DNA from: Escherichia coli
Lineage (GTDB): Bacteria; Pseudomonadota; Gammaproteobacteria; Enterobacterales; Enterobacteriaceae
Assembly: GCF_044324785.1 (NCBI RefSeq)
Contig: NZ_CP172127.1
Length of the DNA stretch: 64,000 bases
Direction: 5' to 3' (one strand)
Shown here: positions 10,773 through 24,662 of the stretch, piece by piece
Layout: each line of letters starts with the position of its first letter
Position numbering within the stretch: position 1 is the first letter of the stretch
Program-made: the position numbers and the translations under genes
The notes under the pieces: generated by a model
Databases searched by the model: none
The model's input: only the letters and a program-made list of their open reading frames with translations
Told to the model about the DNA's origin: nothing

Positions 10773-10834
10773 CAATACCTCCGGTAAACAGGTTGCTGAT
10801 AGAGTGCATTAATAGCTATCAACGCGCTCGGTCA

Positions 10835-10935
10835 GTCCCCTCGCCCCACCGGGGAGAGGGTTAGGGTGAGGGGGAACCCTCGGCACCATGCCAACTTTCG
10901 CCAACATTCGCCAACATTCCCCCCTCACTCTGACT
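10835..10935. repeat. GC-rich imperfect-palindrome element with tandem 'ttcgccaaca' direct repeat, in the cstA-ybdD spacer
   Basis: ccctcgccccaccggggagagggttagggtgaggggg contains nested inverted repeats; cgccaacattcgccaacatt direct repeat follows. Confidence 0.4.
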
Positions 10936-13041
10936 TTAGTGCGCGCCTTTCGCCTGCGCCACGATCTCCTCGACATTTTCCGGCATTGGCTCATACGGCG
11001 TTTCTTTCGCCGTTGGCTTCGGCTCTTTCAATGCCGCCAGTGCCGTCTTAATCGAGAACAGTGCCAGAACCACCACGACCACCATAAAGAAGATGGTTAA
11101 CCCGGCATCAAGACGGTTGTTGAACACCAGTTGCGCCAGTTGTGACTCAGTATACTGCGATGGAATATTGCCGCTGTCGATCATTGCCTGGAACTTGTTA
11201 GCAATCGCCAGGAAGCCGACTTTCGCATCCGGGCTAAACGCTTTCTGCCAGCCTGCGGTCAGGGTACAAATCAGCAGCCAGGCCGTTGGTACCAGCGCCA
11301 CCCAGGCGTAACGTTGACGTTTCATTTTGAACAGCACCACAGCACAGAGCATCAGCGCCATCCCTGCCAGCATCTGGTTGGCAATACCAAACAGCGGCCA
11401 CAAGGTGTTAATACCGCCCAGCGGATCGACCACACCCTGATGGAGGAAGTAGCCCCACGCCAGCACGCACAGCGCCGTTGCCAGCAGGTTAGCAGGCAGT
11501 GAATCGGTCCGCTTCAGGCCAGGAGACACCACGCCCAGCAGATCCTGCAACATAAAGCGCGCAGCACGCGTACCCGCATCTACCGCCGTCAGAATAAACA
11601 GAGCTTCAAACAGAATGGCGAAGTGATACCAGAACGCCACATCCATCATGCCGCCCAGCGCGCCGTGCAGAATGTAGGCCATCCCCACCGCCAGCGTCGG
11701 CGCACCGCCCGCACGGGAAATGATCGACTGTTCACCCACTTCGCTGGCAATCTGGTTGAGCGTATCTGGTGTAATGCTAAAGCCCCAGCTACTCACCACC
11801 TGCGCGGCAGAAGCGACTACATCCGCCGTCCCTGCAGGAGCCAGCACCGCCATCGGGCTGTTCATGGCGAAGTACACACCTGGATCGATGATACAGGCGG
11901 AAACCAGCGCCATAATCGCCACGAAGGATTCCATCAACATCCCACCGTAGCCGATAAAGCACGCCTGCCCTTCGTTCGCCAGCATCTTCGGCGTGGTGCC
12001 GGAAGAGATCAGCGCATGGAAGCCAGACACCGCGCCACAGGCGATGGTGATAAACAGGAACGGGAACAGGTTACCGGTCCATACCGGGCCAGTGCCATCG
12101 ACAAATTTAGTTAGCGCAGGCATGGTCAGCGTCGGGCGCATAATCAAAATGCCTACCGCCAGACCGACGATGGTCCCGATTTTCAGGAAGGTTGAGAGGT
12201 AGTCGCGCGGGGCCAGCAACAGCCACACCGGCAGCACCGCCGCCACAAAACCGTAACCCACCAGCATCCAGGTCAGCTGCACGCCGGTAAAGTCAAAGTA
12301 CGGTGCCCAGGTCGGACTTTCTGCCACCCAGCCGCCAGAGATAATGGCGAAAATCAGGAACACCAAACCGATGACCGACACTTCGCCAATACGCCCCGGA
12401 CGCAGATAGCGCAGGTAGATCCCCATAAACAGCGCCAGCGGAATAGTGAACGCAACGGTATACGTTCCCCACGGGCTATGAGTCAGGGCTTTCACCACGA
12501 TCATCGCCAGTACTGCAAGGATAATGACCATGATCATAAAGCAGGCCACCAGCGCTATCACCCCGGCGGTTGGCCCCATCTCTTCTTTGACCAGCTCACC
12601 CAGCGAGCGACCGTCACGGCGCGTAGAAACAAACAGCACCATGAAATCCTGCACCGCACCGGCGAGAACCACCCCGGCGAGCAGCCAGATCATCCCTGGC
12701 AGGTAACCCATTTGCGCCGCCAGTACCGGCCCCACCAGCGGGCCAGCTCCGGCAATGGCCGCAAAATGGTGACCGAACAGCACTTTCTTGTCCGTCGGCA
12801 CATAGTCCAGCCCGTCGTTATGGCGCACCGCGGGCGTCATACGCGTCGGGTCAACCGCCAGCACATTTTTGGCGATATACAGACCATAAAAACGGTAAGC
12901 GATCAGATAGATACAGACCGACGCCACCACAATCCACAGCGCATTGATCTGTTCCCCACGATTTAAAGCAATGTATCCCAGAGCAAATGCTCCCATTACA
13001 GAGAGCACTGTCCAGACGAGGTATTTCCCTGATTTGTTCAT
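10936..13041 (-). CDS. cstA: Carbon starvation protein A (pyruvate/peptide transporter), 701 aa
   Basis: Full ORF, polytopic membrane protein; MNKSGKYLVWTVLSVMGAFALGYIALNRGEQINALWIV... recognised. Confidence 0.96.
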   Translation of the reverse strand: MNKSGKYLVWTVLSVMGAFALGYIALNRGEQINALWIVVASVCIYLIAYRFYGLYIAKNVLAVDPTRMTPAVRHNDGLDYVPTDKKVLFGHHFAAIAGAGPLVGPVLAAQMGYLPGMIWLLAGVVLAGAVQDFMVLFVSTRRDGRSLGELVKEEMGPTAGVIALVACFMIMVIILAVLAMIVVKALTHSPWGTYTVAFTIPLALFMGIYLRYLRPGRIGEVSVIGLVFLIFAIISGGWVAESPTWAPYFDFTGVQLTWMLVGYGFVAAVLPVWLLLAPRDYLSTFLKIGTIVGLAVGILIMRPTLTMPALTKFVDGTGPVWTGNLFPFLFITIACGAVSGFHALISSGTTPKMLANEGQACFIGYGGMLMESFVAIMALVSACIIDPGVYFAMNSPMAVLAPAGTADVVASAAQVVSSWGFSITPDTLNQIASEVGEQSIISRAGGAPTLAVGMAYILHGALGGMMDVAFWYHFAILFEALFILTAVDAGTRAARFMLQDLLGVVSPGLKRTDSLPANLLATALCVLAWGYFLHQGVVDPLGGINTLWPLFGIANQMLAGMALMLCAVVLFKMKRQRYAWVALVPTAWLLICTLTAGWQKAFSPDAKVGFLAIANKFQAMIDSGNIPSQYTESQLAQLVFNNRLDAGLTIFFMVVVVVLALFSIKTALAALKEPKPTAKETPYEPMPENVEEIVAQAKGAH

Positions 13042-13161
13042 AGTTGTTATCCGTGTGCATGTCCATAGAGATGTTACATTTTGTTTCTATAACATCTTTG
13101 TACAATTTAACAACACAGCAACCATGTAAATCGGAGTTGAAACCAATATTTAACTTAACAA

Positions 13162-13177
13162 TGTTAACTCGATCACT
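13162..13177. promoter_or_regulatory. Candidate CRP site upstream of cstA (tgttaactcgatcact, 2 mismatches to TGTGA-N6-TCACA)
   Basis: Motif about 125 bp upstream of the cstA start; cstA is known to be cAMP-CRP dependent; site called by eye. Confidence 0.35.
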
Positions 13178-13221
13178 CCGTTAACCGAGTTTTCCTGCAA
13201 TCTCATTTAATTCTGTCGGGT

Positions 13222-14383
<1,162 letters not shown>

Positions 14384-14384
<1 letters not shown>

Positions 14385-15241
14385 TATTTCACCTCGCGGG
14401 AGAGTAGCTTCCACCAGGCGTCGATGGTCGGTTTTTTCGCCAGCATGACAAAGTCGATATCGCCATGTACTTTGCGCCAGCGCGCCGCCAGCGCCATCAT
14501 CCGCACCGAATCCAGACCGTAGTCGATCAGGTTGTCGTCATCGAACGGTTCATCGGACTCGTCCAGCAACGGCAGGATCACCTCACGCAACGCCGCTTTG
14601 CTGGCGGGGACAGGTGCTGGCAGCAATTCTTCGGTCATCACCACCCGGCCAGAACGTCCGGCCACATATTTCAGCGACATCAAATGCTCGTCACGGCTGA
14701 AATCGGCCAGCGCATCTGCCACCATAAACGGTTTAATATCGCGCATAAATGCGTCCGTTGCGGTGGTCATACAGCCAATGTGGGCATATACCCCGGTAAT
14801 AATCAGCTGGTTACGTCCACTCTCTTTCAGCATTTGCTCCAGCGGGGAACGATGAAACGCGCTGTAGCGCCACTTCACCAGCACCGTGTCGTCGGCATCT
14901 GGCGTCAGGCTATCCACCACCTTTTGCTGTTCCGGCGAACGGGTCAGGCCAGGCCCCCACATATCATTCAACAGCGCCCGATCTTCATCGCTCTGCTCTT
15001 TCGGCTGGGCAGTGTAATAAACCGGGATATTGTGCTGTTTGCAGTAGTCGCGTAGTGCCGCAATATTCGCGATCACCTGCTCCATCATCGGGCAGTTCTC
15101 GCCCCAGAAGCTGACAAAATAGTCCTGCATATCATGGATTAACAACGCGGCACGTTGCGGTTCAAAGGCCCAGTCGACTTTATTCTTAGGGATATCGTGA
15201 GACTCCGGCAGTGCGTAAGCCTGTAATTTTGGAATAGCCAT
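14384..15241 (-). CDS. entB: Isochorismatase / aryl carrier protein EntB, 285 aa
   Basis: Full ORF; isochorismatase domain plus C-terminal carrier domain with the GLDSVRMM serine motif. Confidence 0.96.
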
Positions 15242-15254
15242 CGTGTTCTCTCCT

Positions 15255-16865
15255 TCAGGCTGATGCGCGTGACGCCAGCCACTGACGTAATTGTTTTTTA
15301 TCGACTTTCCCGACCGCCGTCAGCGGAAGTGAATCCACACACTCCACGCGATCCGGTAATTTAAATTCGGCAATACCCTGTTCACGCAGGAAACGACGCA
15401 CCTGCACCGCGCGTAGAGGCTCTTTTACCACCAGATAAGCACAGCTTTTTTCGCCCATCAGCTCATCTTCCATGCTCACCAGTGCGGCGTAGATCACCGC
15501 CGGATGGCGCAGCAGCAGGTTTTCGATCTCTTCGGCAGCGATCTTCTCGCCGCCACGGTTGATCTGATCTTTCTCGCGCCCCTGCACGGTGATGTACCCC
15601 TCTGGATCAATAGAGATCAGATCGCCGGAACAGTAAAAACCGTTGGCATCAAAGGCGCTGGCATTGTGCTGCGGGCTTTTGTAATAGCCGCGGAAGGTGT
15701 ACGGACCGCGCGTCATCAGGCGTCCGACTTCCCCTTGCGGCAGTGGATTTCCTTCGGCATCGGCAACCCACACTTCATCGTCCGGACACATTGGATAGCC
15801 CTGGGTATGGATTATTTTCTCCGCGCTATCATCAAGTCGGGTGTAGTTCACCAGTCCTTCCGCCATGCCGAATACCTGCTGTAACTGGCAGCCAATCTCT
15901 GCGGGAATACGCGCCGCAAGCGTGGCAGAAAGACGTGCACCACCGACCTGTAACAGTTTCAGCGAGGCAAGCTGCGCCCGGCTTTCGCCTTCGGTCAGCG
16001 CCTGTAACCACAGGCTGACTGCGGGTGGCACCAGCGCGGTGACGTTGACCTGATGTTTTTCAATCAATGGGAAGCAGAGCGTGGCGCTGGGGTCGGCAGC
16101 CAGAACGACAGTGCCGCCAGCGAGAAATACGCCCAGCGATCCTGGCGAACTCATGGCGTAGTTATGAGCCGCCGGGATCGCGCACAGGTAGCGTGTCTGT
16201 TGTGTGAACTGACAAATATCGACGCTACGACGCACGCTGTAGTAATAGTCGTTATGAGTGCGCGGGATCAGTTTCGGTGTGCCGGTGGTGCCGCCGGAAA
16301 GCTGGAAATAGGCCACTTCATCAGCAGGTGACGGCGTGGCAGTAAAATCCTCAGCCGGATGGTTAATCGCATCCTGCAAATTATGCTCACCGCTGTCGTT
16401 GTGCAGTTGCACCACGCGAATGGAGGAATGCTCTGCAACAAATGTATTGAGGAAATCATCTCCGCTAAACAGCGCATGCTGGCGATCGGCAATCAGTAAC
16501 GCCGGTTCAATCTGGCTGGCATAGGCGTTCAGTTCACTACGCTGATGGCTGAACAGCGCCAGCACCGGTGCAACGCCCAGCTTCAGCAGCGCGAAAAAGG
16601 TAATATACAATTCAGCGACGTTACCCAGTTGTACCAGCGCGGTTTCACCAGGTTTAATGCCCTGACGGCGCAAACTACAGGCGAGGTTATCCGCCGCCTG
16701 ATTCAGCTCCCGGTAACTCAACTGCCGCTCGCCGTCGATGACCGCGATGCTGTCGCTTGCGGCATGACGGGTCAGAATGTCGGTCAGCGGCAAATCCTGC
16801 CAGTAGCCTTTTTCCCGATAGCGACGGGCAAATTCTTCCGGCCAGCGGGTGAATGGAATGCTCAT
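15255..16865 (-). CDS. entE: 2,3-dihydroxybenzoate-AMP ligase EntE, 536 aa
   Basis: ORF-track frame 15255..16871; start at [12 protein letters not shown]...; adenylation-domain motifs (SGGTTGTPK). Confidence 0.96.
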   Translation of the reverse strand: MSIPFTRWPEEFARRYREKGYWQDLPLTDILTRHAASDSIAVIDGERQLSYRELNQAADNLACSLRRQGIKPGETALVQLGNVAELYITFFALLKLGVAPVLALFSHQRSELNAYASQIEPALLIADRQHALFSGDDFLNTFVAEHSSIRVVQLHNDSGEHNLQDAINHPAEDFTATPSPADEVAYFQLSGGTTGTPKLIPRTHNDYYYSVRRSVDICQFTQQTRYLCAIPAAHNYAMSSPGSLGVFLAGGTVVLAADPSATLCFPLIEKHQVNVTALVPPAVSLWLQALTEGESRAQLASLKLLQVGGARLSATLAARIPAEIGCQLQQVFGMAEGLVNYTRLDDSAEKIIHTQGYPMCPDDEVWVADAEGNPLPQGEVGRLMTRGPYTFRGYYKSPQHNASAFDANGFYCSGDLISIDPEGYITVQGREKDQINRGGEKIAAEEIENLLLRHPAVIYAALVSMEDELMGEKSCAYLVVKEPLRAVQVRRFLREQGIAEFKLPDRVECVDSLPLTAVGKVDKKQLRQWLASRASA

Positions 16866-16874
16866 CCTCACTCC

Positions 16875-18050
<1,176 letters not shown>

Positions 18051-18078
18051 ATCATCCTCCACAAAATGATAAAGGCTT

Positions 18079-18097
18079 TAATAATGATTATCATTTA
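18079..18097. promoter_or_regulatory. Fur box in the divergent entC / fepB promoter region
   Basis: aataatgattatcatttat closely matches the Fur consensus GATAATGATAATCATTATC. Confidence 0.8.
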
Positions 18098-18238
18098 TAT
18101 TTTCGGTCGCTAACCTAAAAGCAAACGCGCACTATGTCAACTCTTGAGGTAACGCAATCTGCAACTCGGGGTTGCATCTGGTTGTGGTTACAATGAAAAT
18201 GAGAAGCATTAACTTCATTAATAACAGGAAGCTGATTT

Positions 18239-19195
18239 GTGAGACTCGCCCCGCTCTACCGCAACGCCCTTCTATTAACAGGACTTTTGCTTTCAGGAAT
18301 AGCCGCAGTTCAGGCCGCCGACTGGCCGCGTCAGATTACTGACAGCCGTGGCACTCATACCCTGGAAAGCCAGCCGCAGCGTATTGTTTCCACCAGCGTC
18401 ACCCTGACCGGCTCACTGCTGGCGATTGATGCTCCGGTGATCGCCAGCGGCGCGACCACGCCAAATAACCGCGTAGCGGATGACCAGGGCTTTTTACGCC
18501 AGTGGAGCAAGGTGGCGAAAGAACGCAAACTGCAACGGCTCTATATCGGCGAACCGAGTGCAGAAGCCGTTGCCGCGCAAATGCCGGATCTGATTTTAAT
18601 TAGCGCAACCGGCGGGGATTCGGCGCTGGCGCTGTACGATCAGCTTTCCACCATCGCCCCAACATTAATCATCAATTACGACGACAAAAGCTGGCAGTCG
18701 CTGTTAACGCAGCTTGGCGAAATTACCGGGCATGAGAAACAAGCGGCAGAGCGGATTGCACAGTTTGATAAGCAACTGGCAGCGGCGAAAGAGCAAATCA
18801 AATTACCGCCGCAGCCGGTCACTGCCATTGTCTATACCGCCGCTGCACACAGTGCCAATCTCTGGACGCCGGAATCAGCACAAGGGCAGATGCTGGAACA
18901 ACTCGGCTTTACGCTGGCAAAGTTGCCCGCAGGGTTAAACGCCAGCCAAAGCCAGGGCAAACGCCATGACATCATTCAGCTTGGTGGAGAAAATCTGGCT
19001 GCAGGGTTAAACGGTGAATCGCTATTCCTGTTCGCCGGTGATCAGAAAGATACCGATGCGATTTATGCTAATCCGCTGCTCGCGCACCTGCCTGCAGTAC
19101 AAAACAAGCAGGTTTATGCGCTGGGAACCGAGACGTTCCGTCTGGATTACTACAGCGCCATGCAAGTGCTGGAACGGCTTAAGGCGCTGTTTTAA
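18239..19195 (+). CDS. fepB: Ferric enterobactin periplasmic binding protein FepB, 318 aa (GTG start)
   Basis: Full ORF with signal peptide [26 protein letters not shown]; long leader upstream. Confidence 0.93.
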   Translation: MRLAPLYRNALLLTGLLLSGIAAVQAADWPRQITDSRGTHTLESQPQRIVSTSVTLTGSLLAIDAPVIASGATTPNNRVADDQGFLRQWSKVAKERKLQRLYIGEPSAEAVAAQMPDLILISATGGDSALALYDQLSTIAPTLIINYDDKSWQSLLTQLGEITGHEKQAAERIAQFDKQLAAAKEQIKLPPQPVTAIVYTAAAHSANLWTPESAQGQMLEQLGFTLAKLPAGLNASQSQGKRHDIIQLGGENLAAGLNGESLFLFAGDQKDTDAIYANPLLAHLPAVQNKQVYALGTETFRLDYYSAMQVLERLKALF

Positions 19196-19198
19196 GCA

Positions 19199-20449
19199 TT
19201 AACTGTCGGACGCTGTCACCTGCGGCGGCGTCTGGCGAAAACGCCGCAACTCCACCAGCACCAGCAATAACAACACGCCGATAATCAACAAACCAAAACC
19301 GCTCGCGCTTGCGGAAGCAACCGGTGTCATCATCGCGCCCAAACCGCCCAGCAGCGCCGCGCCTATGGCATCGCCCGTCACGTTTTGTGCCGTCCACAAA
19401 CCGTTAATCCGCCCTAACATCGCTTCCGGGGTTTGCGTTTGCAGCATTGTGTATTGCAGCAACGAACTAACCGCGCTCAGCCAGCCGAACAGCGCCAGAC
19501 AAACCACGCCTAAAATCCACATCGGCATCAAGCCAAACAGCCCAATGGCGAGGAACGATCCCAGCGTGGAGAGCAGCATCAATAACCCTGGTCGCGCGCT
19601 ATGTGCCAGCTTCCCGCTGGTTAACGCGCCAATAGCCGCACCGAGCGGGATCGCCGCATAGAGAAAACCAATCTGTGCCGCCGACATCTGCCAGTTGTCA
19701 GCCAGCGCCGGATACAGTACCCGCACCGCGCTCGCCATCGTCAATAAACCACCCAACAGCGCAATCCCTCCTACCAGCGGGCTGGCGAGCAGAAAACGAA
19801 ATCCTGCCAGTAATGATTTCAACGGATGCTCACGCGGCTGCGGTGGTGGTGGTAACGCCGGAAGGCTTAACAACGGTAGCAAGGTAATAAACGTGCCCGC
19901 CGCCGCCAGTCCGTAGTTCCAGGCTACGCCTCCGGTCGCCAGCAATAAACCGCCAATCATGGGCGAAATCACCGATCCCAGACGCACGGTCAACATGGTG
20001 ATCGCCCCGGCCTGCATTAAGTTTTCACGCCCTACCAGTGCTGGTGTCGCCGCCAGTAGCGCCGTAACGCCAAGTGATGCGAAAAAACCATCCCATAAAC
20101 CGAGTAAATAGATTGCCAGCAAAGATGGCTCCGGCAGCAACGCGTTCAGGCACAGTCCAATGAAGCCAATGCCACAGGTGCCGCGCGCCAGCAAAATCAC
20201 TTTTTTGCGCTCATAGCGATCCGCCAGCACACCGCCGACCATCAGGCCAACAAACATCGCGCCGCCGGTCAGCGTCACCGAAAGCCCCACCTGCCAGGTA
20301 GAATGCGTCATCATCTGGATCTGCACCGGTACCGCGACACCGAGCAAACCCAGAGACACAATTGAGATAAAACGAGCGAGGAATACTGCGCGAAACGCCG
20401 GGTGCGTTTTCAACAGGCTGAGGTTAAGCAGCCAGGATTGTTTATTCAT
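19199..20449 (-). CDS. entS: Enterobactin exporter EntS (YbdA), MFS transporter, 416 aa
   Basis: Full ORF, 12-TM-like hydrophobic profile; recognised sequence. Confidence 0.94.
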
Positions 20450-20522
20450 TACAATGCCTTGCCATCAAATATTTTAAATACCTATTCTTAGGCTGCACAT
20501 GCTAACATATCCAAATAAGATC

Positions 20523-20547
20523 GATAACGATAATTAATTTCATTATC
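20523..20547. promoter_or_regulatory. Fur box(es) in the divergent entS / fepD promoter region
   Basis: gataacgataattaatttcattatc contains overlapping Fur-consensus hexamers. Confidence 0.75.
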
Positions 20548-20559
20548 ATGGAAGTTCGT

Positions 20560-21564
20560 ATGTCTGGTTCTGTTGCCGTGACACGCGCCATTGCCGTGCC
20601 CGGATTGCTGTTATTACTGATTATCGCGACGGCATTAAGCCTGCTCATTGGGGCAAAATCACTCCCCGCTTCCGTAGTGCTGGAGGCCCTCTCCGGCACC
20701 TGCCAGAGCGCCGACTGCACCATCGTGCTCGACGCGCGACTGCCGCGCACCCTTGCCGGTTTACTGGCAGGCGGCGCGCTTGGGCTTGCCGGGGCGCTGA
20801 TGCAAACCCTCACCCGAAACCCACTTGCCGACCCCGGCTTGCTTGGTGTGAACGCCGGAGCCAGCTTTGCCATTGTGCTGGGTGCGGCGCTGTTTGGTTA
20901 CTCATCCGCGCAGGAACAACTGGCGATGGCCTTCGCCGGGGCGCTGGTGGCCTCATTGATTGTTGCCTTTACCGGCAGTCAGGGCGGAGGGCAGTTAAGT
21001 CCGGTGCGTTTAACCCTGGCGGGCGTGGCGCTGGCGGCGGTGCTGGAAGGGCTGACCAGCGGCATCGCCCTGCTTAATCCTGACGTCTACGATCAACTGC
21101 GTTTCTGGCAAGCCGGTTCGCTGGATATTCGTAATTTACACACCTTAAAAGTAGTGCTGATCCCGGTGCTGATCGCCGGAGTAACCGCGCTATTACTGAG
21201 CCGCGCACTGAACAGTTTAAGCCTTGGCAGTGACACCGCGACGGCGCTGGGCAGTCGCGTGGCGCGCACACAGTTGATTGGTCTGCTGGCGATTACCGTG
21301 CTTTGTGGTAGTGCGACGGCGGTAGTTGGCCCGATTGCCTTTATTGGCCTGATGATGCCGCACATGGCGCGCTGGCTGGTAGGTGCCGATCATCGCTGGT
21401 CGCTGCCCGTCACGCTACTTGCCACCCCTGCCCTGCTGCTGTTTGCCGATATCATCGGGCGGGTGATTGTGCCCGGCGAACTGCGCGTTTCTGTAGTCAG
21501 TGCCTTTATTGGCGCACCGGTGCTGATCTTCCTCGTGCGACGTAAAACGCGAGGTGGCGCATGA
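20560..21564 (+). CDS. fepD: Ferric enterobactin ABC transporter permease FepD, 334 aa
   Basis: ORF-track frame 20548..21564; start at MSGSVAVTRAIAVPG... (alternative ATG 12 nt upstream). Confidence 0.93.
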   Translation: MSGSVAVTRAIAVPGLLLLLIIATALSLLIGAKSLPASVVLEALSGTCQSADCTIVLDARLPRTLAGLLAGGALGLAGALMQTLTRNPLADPGLLGVNAGASFAIVLGAALFGYSSAQEQLAMAFAGALVASLIVAFTGSQGGGQLSPVRLTLAGVALAAVLEGLTSGIALLNPDVYDQLRFWQAGSLDIRNLHTLKVVLIPVLIAGVTALLLSRALNSLSLGSDTATALGSRVARTQLIGLLAITVLCGSATAVVGPIAFIGLMMPHMARWLVGADHRWSLPVTLLATPALLLFADIIGRVIVPGELRVSVVSAFIGAPVLIFLVRRKTRGGA

Positions 21565-22553
21565 TTTACGTCTCTCGCCGATTAATTATCACCTGTTTGC
21601 TGCTAATTACCGCCTGTGTGGTTGCAGGTATCTGGGGATTACGCAGCGGTGCCGTCACGCTGGAAACCTCGCAGGTATTCGCCGCGCTGATGGGCGATGC
21701 GCCGCGCAGTATGACGATGGTGGTCACCGAATGGCGTTTACCACGCGTGCTGATGGCGCTGTTAATTGGCGCGGCACTGGGCGTCAGCGGCGCGATTTTT
21801 CAGTCGCTGATGCGTAACCCGCTCGGCAGCCCTGACGTAATGGGCTTTAACACCGGGGCGTGGAGCGGCGTGCTGGTGGCGATGGTGCTGTTTGGTCAGG
21901 ACCTGACGGCTATCGCCCTGGCAGCAATGGCGGGCGGCATTGTCACCTCGCTGCTGGTCTGGCTGCTCGCATGGCGTAACGGCATCGACACCTTTCGGTT
22001 GATTATTATTGGTATCGGCGTTCGCGCCATGCTGGTGGCCTTTAATACCTGGCTGTTGCTGAAAGCGTCTTTAGAAACGGCGCTAACAGCGGGTTTGTGG
22101 AATGCCGGATCGCTCAACGGCCTGACGTGGGCAAAAACCTCGCCTTCCGCACCCATCATTATATTGATGCTCATTGCCGCCGCCTTGCTGGTGCGGCGGA
22201 TGCGATTGCTGGAGATGGGTGATGATACCGCATGTGCGCTGGGCGTCAGCGTCGAACGTTCGCGGCTGTTAATGATGCTGGTCGCCGTAGTACTTACCGC
22301 AGCTGCCACTGCCCTGGCGGGGCCGATTTCCTTTATTGCTTTAGTCGCGCCGCACATTGCCCGACGCATTAGCGGCACCGCTCGCTGGGGGCTGGCCCAG
22401 GCGGCGCTGTGCGGAGCGTTGTTACTGCTGGCGGCCGATCTCTGTGCTCAACAACTGTTTATGCCGTATCAACTTCCGGTTGGCGTCGTTACCGTCAGCC
22501 TCGGCGGTATTTACCTTATCGTCTTGTTAATTCAGGAGTCTCGCAAAAAATGA
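21561..22553 (+). CDS. fepG: Ferric enterobactin ABC transporter permease FepG, 330 aa
   Basis: Full ORF, 4-nt ATGA overlap with fepD. Confidence 0.94.
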   Translation: MIYVSRRLIITCLLLITACVVAGIWGLRSGAVTLETSQVFAALMGDAPRSMTMVVTEWRLPRVLMALLIGAALGVSGAIFQSLMRNPLGSPDVMGFNTGAWSGVLVAMVLFGQDLTAIALAAMAGGIVTSLLVWLLAWRNGIDTFRLIIIGIGVRAMLVAFNTWLLLKASLETALTAGLWNAGSLNGLTWAKTSPSAPIIILMLIAAALLVRRMRLLEMGDDTACALGVSVERSRLLMMLVAVVLTAAATALAGPISFIALVAPHIARRISGTARWGLAQAALCGALLLLAADLCAQQLFMPYQLPVGVVTVSLGGIYLIVLLIQESRKK

Positions 22554-23365
22554 CCGAATCAGTAGCCCGTTTGCGTGGCGAACAGTTAACCCTCGGATAT
22601 GGCAAATATACCGTTGCGGAAAATCTGACTGTAGAAATACCTGATGGTCACTTCACGGCAATTATCGGGCCAAATGGCTGCGGTAAATCCACGTTACTGC
22701 GGACCTTAAGCCGCCTGATGACGCCTGCTCACGGGCATGTCTGGCTGGATGGCGAGCACATTCAACATTACGCCAGTAAAGAGGTTGCACGCCGGATTGG
22801 TCTGTTGGCGCAGAATGCTACCACGCCGGGCGATATCACCGTGCAGGAGCTGGTGGCGCGTGGGCGTTACCCGCATCAACCGCTGTTTACCCGTTGGCGC
22901 AAAGAGGATGAAGAAGCGGTAACGAAAGCGATGCAGGCCACGGGAATAACTCATCTGGCAGATCAAAGCGTGGATACCCTTTCTGGCGGGCAACGCCAGC
23001 GAGCGTGGATCGCGATGGTGCTAGCCCAGGAAACGGCAATTATGCTGCTCGATGAACCCACGACCTGGCTGGATATCAGTCATCAGATTGATCTACTGGA
23101 ACTGTTAAGCGAACTGAACCGCGAGAAAGGCTATACCCTGGCGGCGGTGCTGCACGATCTTAATCAGGCCTGTCGTTACGCCAGCCATTTGATTGCATTG
23201 CGGGAAGGGAAAATTGTTGCTCAGGGAGCGCCGAAGGAGATTGTCACTGCTGAATTGATCGAGCGCATTTATGGTCTGCGCTGCATGATTATTGACGATC
23301 CGGTAGCCGGAACTCCGCTTGTGGTGCCGCTCGGACGAACGGCACCTTCAACCGCAAATAGTTAA
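22550..23365 (+). CDS. fepC: Ferric enterobactin ABC transporter ATPase FepC, 271 aa
   Basis: ORF-track frame 22409..23365; start at MTESVARLRGEQL... overlapping the fepG stop; Walker A GPNGCGKST and LSGGQ signature. Confidence 0.95.
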   Translation: MTESVARLRGEQLTLGYGKYTVAENLTVEIPDGHFTAIIGPNGCGKSTLLRTLSRLMTPAHGHVWLDGEHIQHYASKEVARRIGLLAQNATTPGDITVQELVARGRYPHQPLFTRWRKEDEEAVTKAMQATGITHLADQSVDTLSGGQRQRAWIAMVLAQETAIMLLDEPTTWLDISHQIDLLELLSELNREKGYTLAAVLHDLNQACRYASHLIALREGKIVAQGAPKEIVTAELIERIYGLRCMIIDDPVAGTPLVVPLGRTAPSTANS

Positions 23366-24495
23366 ACTAAGTGGTCTGCTATCATGGCATCCTGTTTTCT
23401 GGATGCCATCGCATAGCGCAACAGCACGCCACCACAAGCCACCATCCCGCCGATCATCGCAGAAAGGATCACAATAATCGCCTTACCCGGACCGTCTTTT
23501 TTCACTGGCAATGACGGGCTTAACTGATATTTAAACGGCGTAAAATTCACATCGTTGATATTTGCTTTTGTTAACTGCTCAACAAGATACTGACGATTAC
23601 GTAATTCACCGTTCAGTTCCGCAACGTCAGTAACCGCTTTTTCAATTTCCAGTTTGCGTTCAATACCGTCTGCGCCGAGAGAAATAGAGAAATCGGGGTC
23701 ATCTTTAACGGCCTGACCATTACTGTATACGGGCTTTTTAATTCCTGCCGCGTTGGCAATGTCGAGTGAATAATTGAGGCGCTGAATGTTTGCATCAAGT
23801 TGATTTTTCGTTTTAATGCGATCCTGAGCCAGTTTTTCTTTTTCAAACTGGGTTTTGATCTCCAGTTTATTACGGACGTTTTCTATCGACTCTTTCACCA
23901 CCAACGCAGAGATATAATCGATATACCCGCTCAAAACGGTCTGCGCCTCTTCACTGGTTGGCGCGGTAAAACTGAGCGTCCAGGAGGTATACAGTGACGG
24001 TTCATCTTTTTTCTTACTGGCATTGTCATCAACCGCTTTCATTTTTTCGCTCAATGCGACGATAGCTCGATGCAAATCCAGTTCGTCGATTTTCGCCTCT
24101 TTTAATTGGTCCATCACATAAGGTGATGAGCGCAGGTACTCTTCTAGTAAGCTAACAGACTGAAACTTCTTGATAAACAGGTTAAATGCACCGCCACGGT
24201 CGATATTAACATCGAGATCAAGAACGCGGAGTTTGGTAAAGGTTTTCTCCAGGTCCTGCCACTGAATGGCTTCGGCGGGAGTAATGACGGCTGAGCTGGT
24301 CCATTTTTGCGGCAGGATGAAAGAGATCAGCAATCCTGTGCAGGCAAACGCAAAAATGACCGCCATGACCGTTTTTTTGGCCCGCCATAAAACTTCGATT
24401 AGATTAAGTAAATCAATTTCATTATTACTGGGCGACGCCAGAGGATACTCGGGAAAATGAGCGTCACTTCCCTGTTTAATATTCATTGATGACAT
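23362..24495 (-). CDS. fepE: Wzz-family polysaccharide co-polymerase FepE (O-antigen very-long-chain regulator), 377 aa
   Basis: Full ORF; convergent with fepC, both using the same palindromic TTAA for their stop codons. Confidence 0.92.
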   Translation of the reverse strand: MSSMNIKQGSDAHFPEYPLASPSNNEIDLLNLIEVLWRAKKTVMAVIFAFACTGLLISFILPQKWTSSAVITPAEAIQWQDLEKTFTKLRVLDLDVNIDRGGAFNLFIKKFQSVSLLEEYLRSSPYVMDQLKEAKIDELDLHRAIVALSEKMKAVDDNASKKKDEPSLYTSWTLSFTAPTSEEAQTVLSGYIDYISALVVKESIENVRNKLEIKTQFEKEKLAQDRIKTKNQLDANIQRLNYSLDIANAAGIKKPVYSNGQAVKDDPDFSISLGADGIERKLEIEKAVTDVAELNGELRNRQYLVEQLTKANINDVNFTPFKYQLSPSLPVKKDGPGKAIIVILSAMIGGMVACGGVLLRYAMASRKQDAMIADHLV

Positions 24496-24662
24496 GGGGT
24501 ATAACCTGAAAATGAGTCCAATAGGGGGAAATCTCCACGGCGCTCACTTTACCAGTTGGTGAGAATTATCCGAAGCTGAAGTTTGTAAATTACTCCCACT
24601 GAATGCAACATTCACTCTATTTCAGAGAAATACCTACCAAATTTATAAATTAAACAAATGAT

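Noticed and set aside
10809-11100. Small ORFs (61-70 aa) overlapping the GC-rich repeat downstream of cstA
   Set aside because: They overlap the cstA 3' end and the palindromic element; Pro/Arg-rich low-complexity translations.
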